Of a stretch of 64,000 nucleotides of DNA, positions 35,831-45,291 are shown piece by piece. The notes under the pieces are model-generated. The model saw nothing but the letters and a program-made list of their open reading frames with translations, was not told the DNA's origin and made no database searches. The position numbers were made by a program, and so were the translations under genes. The stretch covers positions 480,001-544,000 of the forward strand of contig OY968762.1 of the NCBI GenBank assembly GCA_963695225.1. The letters are read 5' to 3'. The stretch comes from Vulcanimicrobiota bacterium (GTDB taxonomy: Bacteria > Vulcanimicrobiota > Vulcanimicrobiia > Vulcanimicrobiales > Vulcanimicrobiaceae). The first letter of the stretch is position 1; every line of letters starts with the position of its first letter.

Positions 35831-36460
35831 ATGCTCCTCACCGTCGTTCGGCACGGGCGGACCGCCTGGAACGATTCCGGCCGCTTCCAAGGGCACACCG
35901 ATATTCCGCTCGACGGCGAGGGGCGCGCACAGGCGCGGCGCCTCGGCAAACGGCTGGGAGAACGACGTTACGATGCGGCGTTTTCGAGCGACCTCGCTCG
36001 GGCGCGCGAGACGGCGGAGGCGATCTTGGGCGACCGCGCCGCATCGCTCGTCCTCGATCCGCGCTGGCGCGAGATGCGTTTCGGTGCGTGGGAGGGGCTG
36101 ACGTGGCAGCAGATCGAGACGCGCTTTCCCGAAGTGCGCGCCGAGCACGCGGTAAGGCCGCGTTTCTATTCGCCCCCCGGCGGGGAGACGTTCGACGAAC
36201 TCTGCTCGCGGGTCGCGAGCGCCGTGGAGGATCTCCGTCGCGCGGGCGCGGACGCGCCGCACGTCTTGGTGGTGACGCATGCGGGACCGCTGCACGCGCT
36301 GCTGCGCGTCGCCCTCGGCGACGAACGGAGCGATGCGCTCGGCGTGCGATTTTCGCCTGCAAGCGTCACGCGTTTGCGGTGGGTCGCCGCTCGCTGGGAA
36401 CTCGATGCGCTGAACGAGACGTGTGAAGCCGCGACGGAGTATCCGGATGAGCGAAAGTGA
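35831..36460 (+). CDS. Histidine phosphatase (CobC/alpha-ribazole phosphatase-like)
   Basis: VRHGRT.WN, SSDL.RA, E..FG.WEG, VTHAG; adjacent to cobT. Confidence 0.85.
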   Translation: MLLTVVRHGRTAWNDSGRFQGHTDIPLDGEGRAQARRLGKRLGERRYDAAFSSDLARARETAEAILGDRAASLVLDPRWREMRFGAWEGLTWQQIETRFPEVRAEHAVRPRFYSPPGGETFDELCSRVASAVEDLRRAGADAPHVLVVTHAGPLHALLRVALGDERSDALGVRFSPASVTRLRWVAARWELDALNETCEAATEYPDERK

Positions 36461-37493
36461 ATTGATCAAACGCCTGCGCTCGGGCGTCCCCCCGCTGGAC
36501 GCGGACGCTGCGGCGCGGGCGCGCGAACGGATCGAGCGCTCGGCGCGGTCGCGCGGCGCCTTCGGCCGCATCGCCACGCTCGCCGAGCAGCTTTGCGCGA
36601 TCGCGGGGAAGTTGCCGGACGGGCCTTGCTCGACCAAGGCGATCGTGATCGGGGCGGGAGATCACGGCGTCGCGGAGGAGGGCGTCAGCGCGTACGGCGG
36701 CGCGGCGACCGCCGACATCGTGAGCGACGTGCTCGCCGGCCGCGCGGCGATCAACGCGTTCGCCCGGGCCTGCGGCGCGGATGTGTTCGTCGCGAATTTC
36801 GGCTTACGCAGCGCGTTTGCGCCGCACCCGCTGCTGATCGGGTCGGGCGCCGGCCGCGGGACCGCGAACCTCGCGCGCCGCGCCGCCATGCGGAACGTCG
36901 ACGTGGAAGGAGCCCTCGCGGCGGGGGCGCGCGCTCTGGACGACGTGCTCGCCCGCAACGAGTACGGCGTGATCGCGCTCGGCGAGATCGGCGTCGGGAA
37001 TACGACGAGCGCCGCCGCCGTCATCGCGGCATTCACCGGCGCGCCGCCGAACGCGACGGTAGGACGCGGCGCGGGCATCGACGACGTGACCCTCGCGCGA
37101 AAGCGCCGGATCGTCGCCGGAGCGGTCGGCGCGCTCGACGGCGCGAGTTGGAGCGAGATCGCGCGTGCCGTGGGAGGTTTCGAGATCGTCGGACTCGCCG
37201 GGATCATCTTCGCGGCGGCGCACAAGCGCATTCCCATCGTGCTCGACGGGCTTGCGACGGCCGCGGCGGCGTTGATCGCGCACGCGATCGAACCGCGCGT
37301 ATTGCACTACTGCATCGCCGGGCAACGCTCGCAGGAACCCGGCCATCGCATCGCACTCGAAGCGCTCGGCCTCGCGCCGCTCCTCGATCTCGACCTGCGC
37401 ATGGGCGAAGGGGGCGGTGCGGCGCTCGCGTTACCGATGGTCGAAGCCGCGAGCCGGCTTCTGCTCGAGGGCCGAACCTCCGGCGAGGCTTGA
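36447..37493 (+). CDS. cobT: Nicotinate-nucleotide-dimethylbenzimidazole phosphoribosyltransferase (divergent)
   Basis: DHGVAEEGVSAY, GEIGVGNTT, GGFEI, LDLDLRMGEG.GA. Confidence 0.88.
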   Translation: MSESELIKRLRSGVPPLDADAAARARERIERSARSRGAFGRIATLAEQLCAIAGKLPDGPCSTKAIVIGAGDHGVAEEGVSAYGGAATADIVSDVLAGRAAINAFARACGADVFVANFGLRSAFAPHPLLIGSGAGRGTANLARRAAMRNVDVEGALAAGARALDDVLARNEYGVIALGEIGVGNTTSAAAVIAAFTGAPPNATVGRGAGIDDVTLARKRRIVAGAVGALDGASWSEIARAVGGFEIVGLAGIIFAAAHKRIPIVLDGLATAAAALIAHAIEPRVLHYCIAGQRSQEPGHRIALEALGLAPLLDLDLRMGEGGGAALALPMVEAASRLLLEGRTSGEA

Positions 37494-37531
37494 AGCAGGG
37501 AGGCCTGCCGCCCGCCGGAAAAGCGGCGGAA

Positions 37532-38098
37532 ATGGCCGATACCGCAAGAACGAATTATCTCTACCTTCCCAGCGGCGAGCGCGCGCCCGAAGAGATCAAC
37601 GTCGTCGTCGAGATTCCCGAAGGCTGCCGAAACAAGTACGAATACGACAAGACGCTTAACGTCTTCCGGCTCGATCGCGTCCTGCACTCGCCGATCTACT
37701 ATCCCGGTGATTACGGCTTCATGCCGCAGACGCTCGCCGAAGACGGCGATCCGCTCGACGTCTTGATCCTCGTCGTCCAGCCGACGTTCCCCGGCTGCGT
37801 CGTCGCCGCCCGGCCGATCGGCCTGCTCAGGATGGTCGACGACGGGAAGCCTGACGATAAGATCCTCGCGGTCCCCGTGGGCGAGCCCGAATACGCGGAT
37901 ATCTACTCCCACGCACAGATCTTCCCGCACAAGTTGCGCACGATCTCCCACTTCTTCGAGACGTACAAGATGCTCGAAGGGAAGCAGACGAGCACGCTGG
38001 GCTGGGCCGACGGCGCCGCGGCGCGACGTTCGATCACGGCGTCGATGGAGCGCTTCGTGGAGCACGGCGAGCCCGCTTTGGATGGGGCGAGCGGCTGA
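37532..38098 (+). CDS. ppa: Inorganic pyrophosphatase (family I)
   Basis: [38 protein letters not shown]. Confidence 0.95.
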   Translation: MADTARTNYLYLPSGERAPEEINVVVEIPEGCRNKYEYDKTLNVFRLDRVLHSPIYYPGDYGFMPQTLAEDGDPLDVLILVVQPTFPGCVVAARPIGLLRMVDDGKPDDKILAVPVGEPEYADIYSHAQIFPHKLRTISHFFETYKMLEGKQTSTLGWADGAAARRSITASMERFVEHGEPALDGASG

Positions 38099-38217
38099 TT
38101 GGAGGGCCGGTCCGAGGCTGGCTGAATGAGAACGCGCGGCGCCCTCCGTATGGAGAAGGACCCGTTCGGCGCCGTCGCGCCGTCGGGGTCGTCCGCATGA
38201 GAAGGGTCGGTCCGCTG

Positions 38218-39453
38218 GTGAGCAAGATCAAAGTCAAGAACCCGGTCGTCGAACTCGACGGCGATGAGATGACTCGGATCATCTGGCATATGATTCGCGA
38301 AAAACTCATTCTGCCGCACCTCGACATCGACTTGAGATATTACGATCTCGGGATCGGGCATCGCGACGAGACGGAGGATCGCGTCACGCTGGAAGCGGCG
38401 CGCGCGATCAAGCGGTACGGCGTCGGCGTGAAATGCGCGACGATCACGCCGGACGAAGCCCGCGTCAAAGAGTTCGGGCTGAAGAAGATGTGGAAATCGC
38501 CGAACGGCACGATCCGCAACGAATTGGACGGAACGGTCTTTCGCGAGCCGATCATCTGCGCGAACGTTCCGCGGCTCGTGCCGGGCTGGACGGAACCGAT
38601 CGTGATCGGTCGCCACGCCTACGGAGACCAATACCGTGCGACGGAATTCGCGATCCCGAGCGCCGGGAAGCTGACGCTCAAGTTCACCCCCGACGACGGG
38701 AGCAAGCAGCACGAGGAGCAGGTCTACGAGTTCCACGGGCCGGGCGTCGCGCTCTCGATGTACAATCTCGACGCGTCGATCAGGGGCTTCGCTCACGCCT
38801 GCTTCAACTACGGGTTGATGCGGCGCTGGCCCGTGTACCTCTCCACGAAGAACACGATCCTCAAAACGTACGACGGGCGCTTCAAAGACATCTTCGAGCA
38901 GGTGTACCAGGCCGAGTACCGGGCGCGTTTCGAGGCTGCGGGGATCGGTTACGAGCATCGCTTGATCGACGACATGGTCGCCTGCCTGATGAAGTGGCAC
39001 GGCAAGTACGTGTGGGCGTGCAAGAACTACGACGGCGACGTCGAGTCGGATATCGTCGCGCAGGGCTACGGATCGCTCGGGTTGATGACGTCGGTCCTGC
39101 TTTCGCCGGACGGGCAGACGATCGAAGCCGAGGCCGCGCACGGAACGGTGACGCGCCACTATCGCCTGCACCAGCAGGGCAAAGAGACGTCGACGAATCC
39201 GATCGCCTCGATCTTCGCGTGGACGCGCGGCCTCGAACACCGCGGGAAGCTCGACGACACGCCGGACGTCATCGCGTTCGCGCGCACGCTCGAGCGCGTC
39301 TGCGTCGAAACGGTCGAGAGCGGGAAGATGACCAAGGATCTCGCCGTCCTGATCGGGCCCGATCAGCCCTGGCTGAATACGGCGCAGTTCCTCGACGCGC
39401 TCGATTCCGAGTTGCGCCGCCGAATGGAGGGCCCCGTCCCCGCCGGCGCTTGA
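38218..39453 (+). CDS. icd: NADP-dependent isocitrate dehydrogenase
   Basis: [43 protein letters not shown]. Confidence 0.96.
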   Translation: MSKIKVKNPVVELDGDEMTRIIWHMIREKLILPHLDIDLRYYDLGIGHRDETEDRVTLEAARAIKRYGVGVKCATITPDEARVKEFGLKKMWKSPNGTIRNELDGTVFREPIICANVPRLVPGWTEPIVIGRHAYGDQYRATEFAIPSAGKLTLKFTPDDGSKQHEEQVYEFHGPGVALSMYNLDASIRGFAHACFNYGLMRRWPVYLSTKNTILKTYDGRFKDIFEQVYQAEYRARFEAAGIGYEHRLIDDMVACLMKWHGKYVWACKNYDGDVESDIVAQGYGSLGLMTSVLLSPDGQTIEAEAAHGTVTRHYRLHQQGKETSTNPIASIFAWTRGLEHRGKLDDTPDVIAFARTLERVCVETVESGKMTKDLAVLIGPDQPWLNTAQFLDALDSELRRRMEGPVPAGA

Positions 39454-39466
39454 GGCGGGGCTGCGC

Positions 39467-40747
39467 CTAGTCCCGCACGCAGCGGAACGTCGCGTACATG
39501 TACGGGTACTCGCGGCGATACCAATTCCGGAAGCTGCGCCGCAAGAGCGGCGTCGCGGTAACCGGCGAGGCGCCCTTGCAAACGTAATGCTCTCCGTCGA
39601 AGAAGTCGGCGGAATACTGCGGATACGACGCCATGGGCGCGAAACCGGCGAACGGCGCGAACGGCGTCGAGGTCCACTCCCAGCCGTTGCCGGCGAGATC
39701 CTGAACGCCCCAGGCGCTCGCCCCGCGCGGCCGGATACCGACCGATTCGGGGTCGAAGCGGTGGAAATCCACGTTCGCGTGCTCGGGGGTCGGCTCGTCG
39801 TCGCCCCAGGGGTAGCGCCGCTCGCTCGAGTCCGGCGTGCCGTACGCGGCGCGATCGTATTCCGCTTCCGTCGGCAAGCGCGCGCCCTTCGCACGGGCAT
39901 ATGCGGCCGCTTGCGCTTGCGTCACGTAGACGGGCCACGTCAAGGGCAGCGGCACGTCGTTCAGGAGCGTGCGCAAGCGCCAACCGCCGTCGCACCGGAT
40001 CCAGAACGGCGGCACCGGACCGCCCGCCTCGACGAAGGCGAGGTATTCGCCGTTCGTCACGTTGTTCACGTCGATTTCGAACGCTTCGACGGCCTCGAAA
40101 CGCTCCGGGAACTCGTTGTCCCAACCGAATTCTGCGCTCGCGCGATCCGCGCCGAGGCGGGCAACTCCCGCCGGGACGACGGCGCGGCCGCTCGCTTGCG
40201 GCGGACCCTCCAAGACCGCGGGGCCGCCGCTCGCGGTCTTCCGGTCGGCGGGGAGGCGGTGGATCAAGTAGAGCAGCGTCTCCTGGTGCATCTCCTCGTG
40301 CTCGAGGATCGTGAAGCACGCTTCGCCGCGCTCGAGCAGCGGCGAGCCGGTGCTATCGAGATCGGGGCGGGCGAGCGCGGCCAGCACCGCCTCGTCGCAG
40401 GCCGCCGCGAACGCCCGGACGCGTTCGCGTTCGGGCCAGGGATGGGCGCCCTTCGTGCGCGCTTCCGCCTCGTCGCCCGGGTCGATCCCGCGCTCGAAGA
40501 GCGTTTCGAATTCTCCGTGGATCGGCGCAACGCCGAGCGCCTTGCGCGGCAACGTGTTGAAGCTGAACGCGGGAATGTGCCCCTCGTAGAAGACGAGCGG
40601 AAGCCGCAGCGGGATCGGCCGGTCGTAATACGCCTGCGGCGCGATCAGCGCGAACAGCTCCCTCGTTCTGGCGCGGTTCGCGAGATAGCGGGCGCGCAAC
40701 GCGGCGCGGTCGAGCAGGGACGGATCGAGCGTCTGTCTATCGAGCAT
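39467..40747 (-). CDS. Non-heme iron sulfoxide-synthase family protein (EgtB/OvoA-like, DinB_2 plus FGE-sulfatase domains)
   Basis: LPLVFYEGH, HEEMHQE, FGWDNE, LPTEAE, GNGWEWT, RRSFRNWY. Confidence 0.85.
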   Translation of the reverse strand: MLDRQTLDPSLLDRAALRARYLANRARTRELFALIAPQAYYDRPIPLRLPLVFYEGHIPAFSFNTLPRKALGVAPIHGEFETLFERGIDPGDEAEARTKGAHPWPERERVRAFAAACDEAVLAALARPDLDSTGSPLLERGEACFTILEHEEMHQETLLYLIHRLPADRKTASGGPAVLEGPPQASGRAVVPAGVARLGADRASAEFGWDNEFPERFEAVEAFEIDVNNVTNGEYLAFVEAGGPVPPFWIRCDGGWRLRTLLNDVPLPLTWPVYVTQAQAAAYARAKGARLPTEAEYDRAAYGTPDSSERRYPWGDDEPTPEHANVDFHRFDPESVGIRPRGASAWGVQDLAGNGWEWTSTPFAPFAGFAPMASYPQYSADFFDGEHYVCKGASPVTATPLLRRSFRNWYRREYPYMYATFRCVRD

Positions 40748-40795
40748 AGCCCCTCTGTACCCGCGAAGCCCGCGGTTGATACATTCGCCGGCCCC

Positions 40796-41038
40796 GCGTC
40801 CGGGCCGGGGCGAGGTTCCTCCGCGGGGACGCCCGCCGTTTCGCATCCATGCGAAACGGCTACTCGTGCACGTGCGCCCACGCAGCTGCGCAGCGTGGGG
40901 ACCCACTGGGGTTGAACAGGTGCTCCGCCTGCGGCTCCGCACCCCCCACACGCAAAGCGCGTGGGGCCCCCCGCCGCCATCGTGGCTCCGCGGGCAAGCT
41001 GCACGCCCCGCGGAGAAACCTCGCCCCGGCCCGGACGC
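40796..41038. repeat. 243-bp nested palindromic element with 33-bp terminal inverted repeats (MITE-like or structured RNA)
   Basis: 40796-40828 and 41006-41038 complementary at 32/33 positions; internal perfect 12-bp inverted repeat at 40835-40860 and further hairpins. Confidence 0.8.
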
Positions 41039-41066
41039 TATCTGCATTCCAGGGACACCCTGGGGA

Positions 41067-42515
41067 TTATAGCCGCAAGTACTCGCGCAGGCCGGCGAGG
41101 CCGCCTTCGCGGCCTATTCCGGATTCCTTGTAGCCGCCGAACGGTGAGCTCGGGTCGAAGCGATTGAACGTGTTGCCCCAGACGACGCCCGCGGCCAAGC
41201 GTTGCGCCGTGAAGAGGCCGAGCGCCGGATCGCCCGTCCAGACTCCGGCGCTCGCACCGTAGGGAACGTTGTTCGCGCGCTCGATCGCTTCGTCGGGGGT
41301 GCGGAACGTCATCACGCATAGGACTGGGCCGCAGAGCTCCTCGCGCGCGATGCGGTACGAGGGCTCGACGTCCGTGAAGAACGAGGCGGGGAAGAAGAAG
41401 CCGCGTTCGGGGAGCGAGGCGCTCTGCTGCACGAGCGTCGCACCCTCTTCGACGCCGCTCGCGACGAGCGAGCGCAGCCGGTCGAGGTGCGCGCGCGAAT
41501 CGAGCGGCCCGATCTCCGTGTTGCGGTCGAGCGGGTTGCCGAGGCGCAGGCGTTCGATGCGCGCCGCGAGCGCGGCGACGAGCTCGGATGCGATCGACTC
41601 TTGCACGAGCAGTCGCGCACCCGCACCGCAGCCGTGCCCGCGGTTGAAGTAGATCGCGTTGACGATCCCTTCGACGCTCTGCTCGACCGGCGCGTCGTCG
41701 TAGACGATCAACGCGGCCTTTCCGCCGAGCGCGAGCGAGAGGCGTTTCCCCGTCCCGGCTAACGCGCGGCGGATCGCTTTCCCCGTCTCGGTGGATCCCG
41801 TGAAGGAGAGCTTGTCGATATCGGCGTGCTCGGCGAGCGCTGCTCCCGTGGCGGCGTCTCCCGTGACGACGTTGAGAACGCCCGGCGGGAGCTCCGCCTC
41901 GGCGGCGATCTGGGCGAGCAGCAACGCGCTGAGGGGCGTCGTTTCAGCGGGCTTGAGCACGACGGTGTTTCCGCACGCCAGCGCGGGTGCGATCTTCCAG
42001 ATTGCGAGCAGCAGCGGGAAGTTCCACGGAACGATCGCGCCGACGACGCCGAGCGGCCGCGCGCGCTCCGGAGCGCGCACCGCCCATTCCAGCTTGTCGG
42101 CCCAGCCCGCGTGATAGAACAGATGGGCGGCCGCTTGGGGGAGATCGAAATCGCGCGACTCGCGAATCGGCTTGCCGCCGTCGAGCGTCTCGACGACGGC
42201 GAGCTCGCGAGAGCGTTCGGTGAGCGCGCGGGAGAGGCGATAGAGATACTTGGCCCGTTCGCTGGGCCGCAGCTTGCGCCAGGATTTCTCGTAAGCGCGG
42301 CGCGCCGCCGCGACGGCCCGGTCCACGTCCTCGGCTTCGCCGAGAGCGACCTCCGTGAGCGGTGCTTCGGTCGCGGGATCGATCGTCGGAAACGCGCGCC
42401 CGGAAGCTGACGCGACCCAGTTCCCGCCGATGAAGTGCCCGTAGCGTTCGCGCAACGAGGCGGCGGCCGTCGATTCGAGCGACGGAGAATACGTGAAACC
42501 CGCGTCCGTCTTCAT
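41067..42515 (-). CDS. Aldehyde dehydrogenase (deoC-associated, ALDH16 N-terminal-part type)
   Basis: PWNFP, KPAETT, FTGST, LALGGK (Glu replaced by Ala), FNRGHGCGAG, EELCGPV, FGGYKESG. Confidence 0.9.
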   Translation of the reverse strand: MKTDAGFTYSPSLESTAAASLRERYGHFIGGNWVASASGRAFPTIDPATEAPLTEVALGEAEDVDRAVAAARRAYEKSWRKLRPSERAKYLYRLSRALTERSRELAVVETLDGGKPIRESRDFDLPQAAAHLFYHAGWADKLEWAVRAPERARPLGVVGAIVPWNFPLLLAIWKIAPALACGNTVVLKPAETTPLSALLLAQIAAEAELPPGVLNVVTGDAATGAALAEHADIDKLSFTGSTETGKAIRRALAGTGKRLSLALGGKAALIVYDDAPVEQSVEGIVNAIYFNRGHGCGAGARLLVQESIASELVAALAARIERLRLGNPLDRNTEIGPLDSRAHLDRLRSLVASGVEEGATLVQQSASLPERGFFFPASFFTDVEPSYRIAREELCGPVLCVMTFRTPDEAIERANNVPYGASAGVWTGDPALGLFTAQRLAAGVVWGNTFNRFDPSSPFGGYKESGIGREGGLAGLREYLRL

Positions 42516-43417
42516 GCGCCGGCCACGTAGGCGGCGCCGGAGTAGGCGCCGCTCTCCTGAGTCAGATGCTGCATCACGACGTCGTCGAGCAGCGACGAGG
42601 CGCCGAAGCGCAGCCGCGCGGGATCCAGCCAGCGCGCGTCGAGCGTCTCCGCGACGATCGCGAGATAGGCCAGCGCGCTCTTCGTCGTTCGAATCCCGCC
42701 GGCGAGTTTGAGGCCGGCGACGCGCCCGGTGCGCTGCTCGAAAGCCCGCAACGCATCGCACATCAGCAGCGCGATCGGAGGCGTCGACGAGGCGGCGATC
42801 TTCCCGGTCGATGTCTTGATGAAATCGGCGCCCGCCTCAAGCGCGAGATCGCAGGCGCGACGGATCGCCGAGTACGAGCCGAGTTCGCCCGCCTCGACGA
42901 TGACTTTGAGAGCGGCGCCGCGTGCGGCGCACAATTCGCGCACGGCGGATATCTCGAATGCGACGTGCGCGTCGCGACCGGCGAGGAACGCGCCGCGATC
43001 GATCACCATATCGATTTCATCGGCGCCCGCGTCGAGCGCCGCCTGCGCATCGGCGAGCTTGACGCGCAGCGGCGATAGCCCGCTCGGAAAGGCCGTCGCG
43101 ACCGACGCGACTTTCACGGTGGAGGCGGCGAGGGTCGCTTTCGCAACCGCAACGAGCGAAGGATAGATACAGACGGCCGCGACGGGCGGCAAACCGGGGG
43201 CAGGCGCGGTCGCGCGCGCGCAGAGCGCGCGCACGCGCCCTTCGGAATCCCGCCCTTCGAGCGTGGTGAGATCGACGCAACGAACGATCAATTCGAGAGC
43301 GCGGCGCTTCGCTTCCGCCTTGATCGACCGTTTGGCAAGCTCCGCCGCGCGCGTCTCGAGCATGGCCGCATTGACGCGGGGCCGGGCCGGACGGGCGAAG
43401 CGCTGCGATGCGACCAT
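42512..43417 (-). CDS. deoC: Deoxyribose-phosphate aldolase
   Basis: DLTTLEG.D, AAVCIYP, FPSG, GADEIDMV, ADFIKTSTGK, AGGIR, RFGASSLL. Confidence 0.93.
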   Translation of the reverse strand: MVASQRFARPARPRVNAAMLETRAAELAKRSIKAEAKRRALELIVRCVDLTTLEGRDSEGRVRALCARATAPAPGLPPVAAVCIYPSLVAVAKATLAASTVKVASVATAFPSGLSPLRVKLADAQAALDAGADEIDMVIDRGAFLAGRDAHVAFEISAVRELCAARGAALKVIVEAGELGSYSAIRRACDLALEAGADFIKTSTGKIAASSTPPIALLMCDALRAFEQRTGRVAGLKLAGGIRTTKSALAYLAIVAETLDARWLDPARLRFGASSLLDDVVMQHLTQESGAYSGAAYVAGA

Positions 43418-43486
43418 ACGGCGTCGGTTCTCCGGCGCGCGGCGCCGACCTAGCGCGAGGGCGGAAAGCGTGCCGGCTATCAAGGA

Positions 43487-44692
43487 ATGCCGGTGCGCCC
43501 CGCGAACGAGCGAGCCGTCTTGAGCAGTACCACGACCGCTTTGCGCCCGACGCTCGACGGCATTCGCGTCTTGGAGTTGGGAAGTTCCGTCGCCGGACCG
43601 AGTGCCGGGCGCCATCTCGCCGATCTGGGGGCCGAGGTCTACAAGGTCGAGCCGCCGGAGGGCGACGGCTTGCGGACGTGGGGGAAGCTCTCGCCCGACG
43701 GTACGTCGTGGTGGTTCAAGTCGCACAATCGGAACAAACGCTTCCTTTGCTTCGATCTGCATTCCGAGCGCGAACGCGCGGTCGTGCGGGAGATCGCGCT
43801 CCGCTGCGACATCCTCATCGAAAACTTCCGACCCGGCCGCATGGCGGAATGGGGGCTCGGCTACGACGAGCTGCGCACCGCGGCGCCTGGGCTCATCTAC
43901 GTCTCGATCAGCGGCTTCGGTCAGGACGGGCCGTACGCGCAACGCGCGGGCTTCGGGAACGTCGCGGAGTCGATGGGAGGCTTGCGCCATATCTCCGGGT
44001 TTGCCGAGAGCCCGCCGGTGCGCGTCGGCATCTCGATCGGCGACGAGATCGCGGGGCTCTACGCGGCCCTCGGCGCGCTCGCCGCGCTCTACGCGCGCGA
44101 GCGGACCGGTCGCGGCGATCACGTCGACGTCTCGCTGACGGAGGGCTGCTTCAGTCTGCTCGAGGGCGTCTTGCCCGAATACGGCGCAACGGGCGCCGTC
44201 CGCGAACGGATGGGGAACCGCTATCTCAGCGCCGCTCCCAGCGGCATGTACCCGACGCGCGACGGCCGCTGGATCTCGATCGGCGCGAACGCCGACGCGA
44301 TTTTCCGCCGCTTCGCCGGGCTGATCGGGCGGCCGGAACTCGCGGACGACGCGCGCTTCAGGACGAACGCGAGCCGGGTCGCGCACACGCCCGAACTCGA
44401 CTCCGTCATCGAGGTCTGGACGCTCACCGGGGACGCGAACGAGCTGACGGAGCGCCTGAACGCCGCGGGCGTTCCGGCGGGGCCGGTGAACTCGATCGCC
44501 GATATCGCTGCGGACCGTCAATTCGCCGCGCGCGGCGCGATCGCGCGGATTCCGGACGATGCCGGGCGCCCGGTCGCGACGCCCGCCCCGGTGCCGCGCT
44601 TTCGCGAGCGGCCGAGCCGGCTCGAGCGGGCGGCGGCGTCGATCGGCGCCGATACGGCGGCGATCTTGCGCGAGCTCGGCCTCGAACGCTAG
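43487..44692 (+). CDS. CaiB/BaiF family (class III) CoA-transferase
   Basis: LDGIRVLEL, ADLGAEV.KVE, NRNK, ENFRPG, SGFGQDGPY; exact start uncertain. Confidence 0.92.
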   Translation: MPVRPANERAVLSSTTTALRPTLDGIRVLELGSSVAGPSAGRHLADLGAEVYKVEPPEGDGLRTWGKLSPDGTSWWFKSHNRNKRFLCFDLHSERERAVVREIALRCDILIENFRPGRMAEWGLGYDELRTAAPGLIYVSISGFGQDGPYAQRAGFGNVAESMGGLRHISGFAESPPVRVGISIGDEIAGLYAALGALAALYARERTGRGDHVDVSLTEGCFSLLEGVLPEYGATGAVRERMGNRYLSAAPSGMYPTRDGRWISIGANADAIFRRFAGLIGRPELADDARFRTNASRVAHTPELDSVIEVWTLTGDANELTERLNAAGVPAGPVNSIADIAADRQFAARGAIARIPDDAGRPVATPAPVPRFRERPSRLERAAASIGADTAAILRELGLER

Positions 44693-45201
44693 CCCGCGAA
44701 CTCCTGGACGACGATCAATTCGGGGCCGTCGGTGGCGACCGCGGCGATGCCGACGCGGGCGTAGTGCGGATCGAGGATGTTGCGGCGGTGCGCCTCGCTT
44801 TCCATCAGCGCGCGCTCGGCTGAGGGACGGTCCGCGTTGAGAGCGATGTTCTCGCCCGCGTAAACGAAGGCGTAGTCCGCCTCGCGCATACGGTCGTACG
44901 GAGACTCACCCTCCGGCGTGGTGTGCGAAACGTAGCGCCTGGCCAGCATGTCGCGGGCGTGGCTTCGGGCGAGCCCGCAGAGCCGCTCGTCGAGGACGAG
45001 CGCCCCGAGCCCGCGGGCGCGGCGCGCGGCGTTGATGTCGTCGAAGATCGCCCGCTCGTCGGCGGGGTGCACGTCGGCGCGCGTGGTCGCGAACGCGAGT
45101 GCGACGATCGGATCGCTCGCGACGACCGGCCCCGTCAGTAACGGGGCCTGCAACGCGGCCACGAGGCCGAGCGACTGAAATGCAAAAGTGAGCGCAAACA
45201 C
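44689..45201 (-). CDS. CAP (SCP-like) domain protein, secreted
   Basis: IN.ARR, ARSHARDM, GENIA, LMESEAHRRNIL. Confidence 0.88.
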   Translation of the reverse strand: MFALTFAFQSLGLVAALQAPLLTGPVVASDPIVALAFATTRADVHPADERAIFDDINAARRARGLGALVLDERLCGLARSHARDMLARRYVSHTTPEGESPYDRMREADYAFVYAGENIALNADRPSAERALMESEAHRRNILDPHYARVGIAAVATDGPELIVVQEFAG

Positions 45202-45291
45202 GGCATCCGAGCCTCTGGTGCGAGATCCGTCCCTCTCGTTATCGGAAGGATCCGCCGGGGGCCGGGGCCCGCGCCGCGAGTGTGCGCTAGA

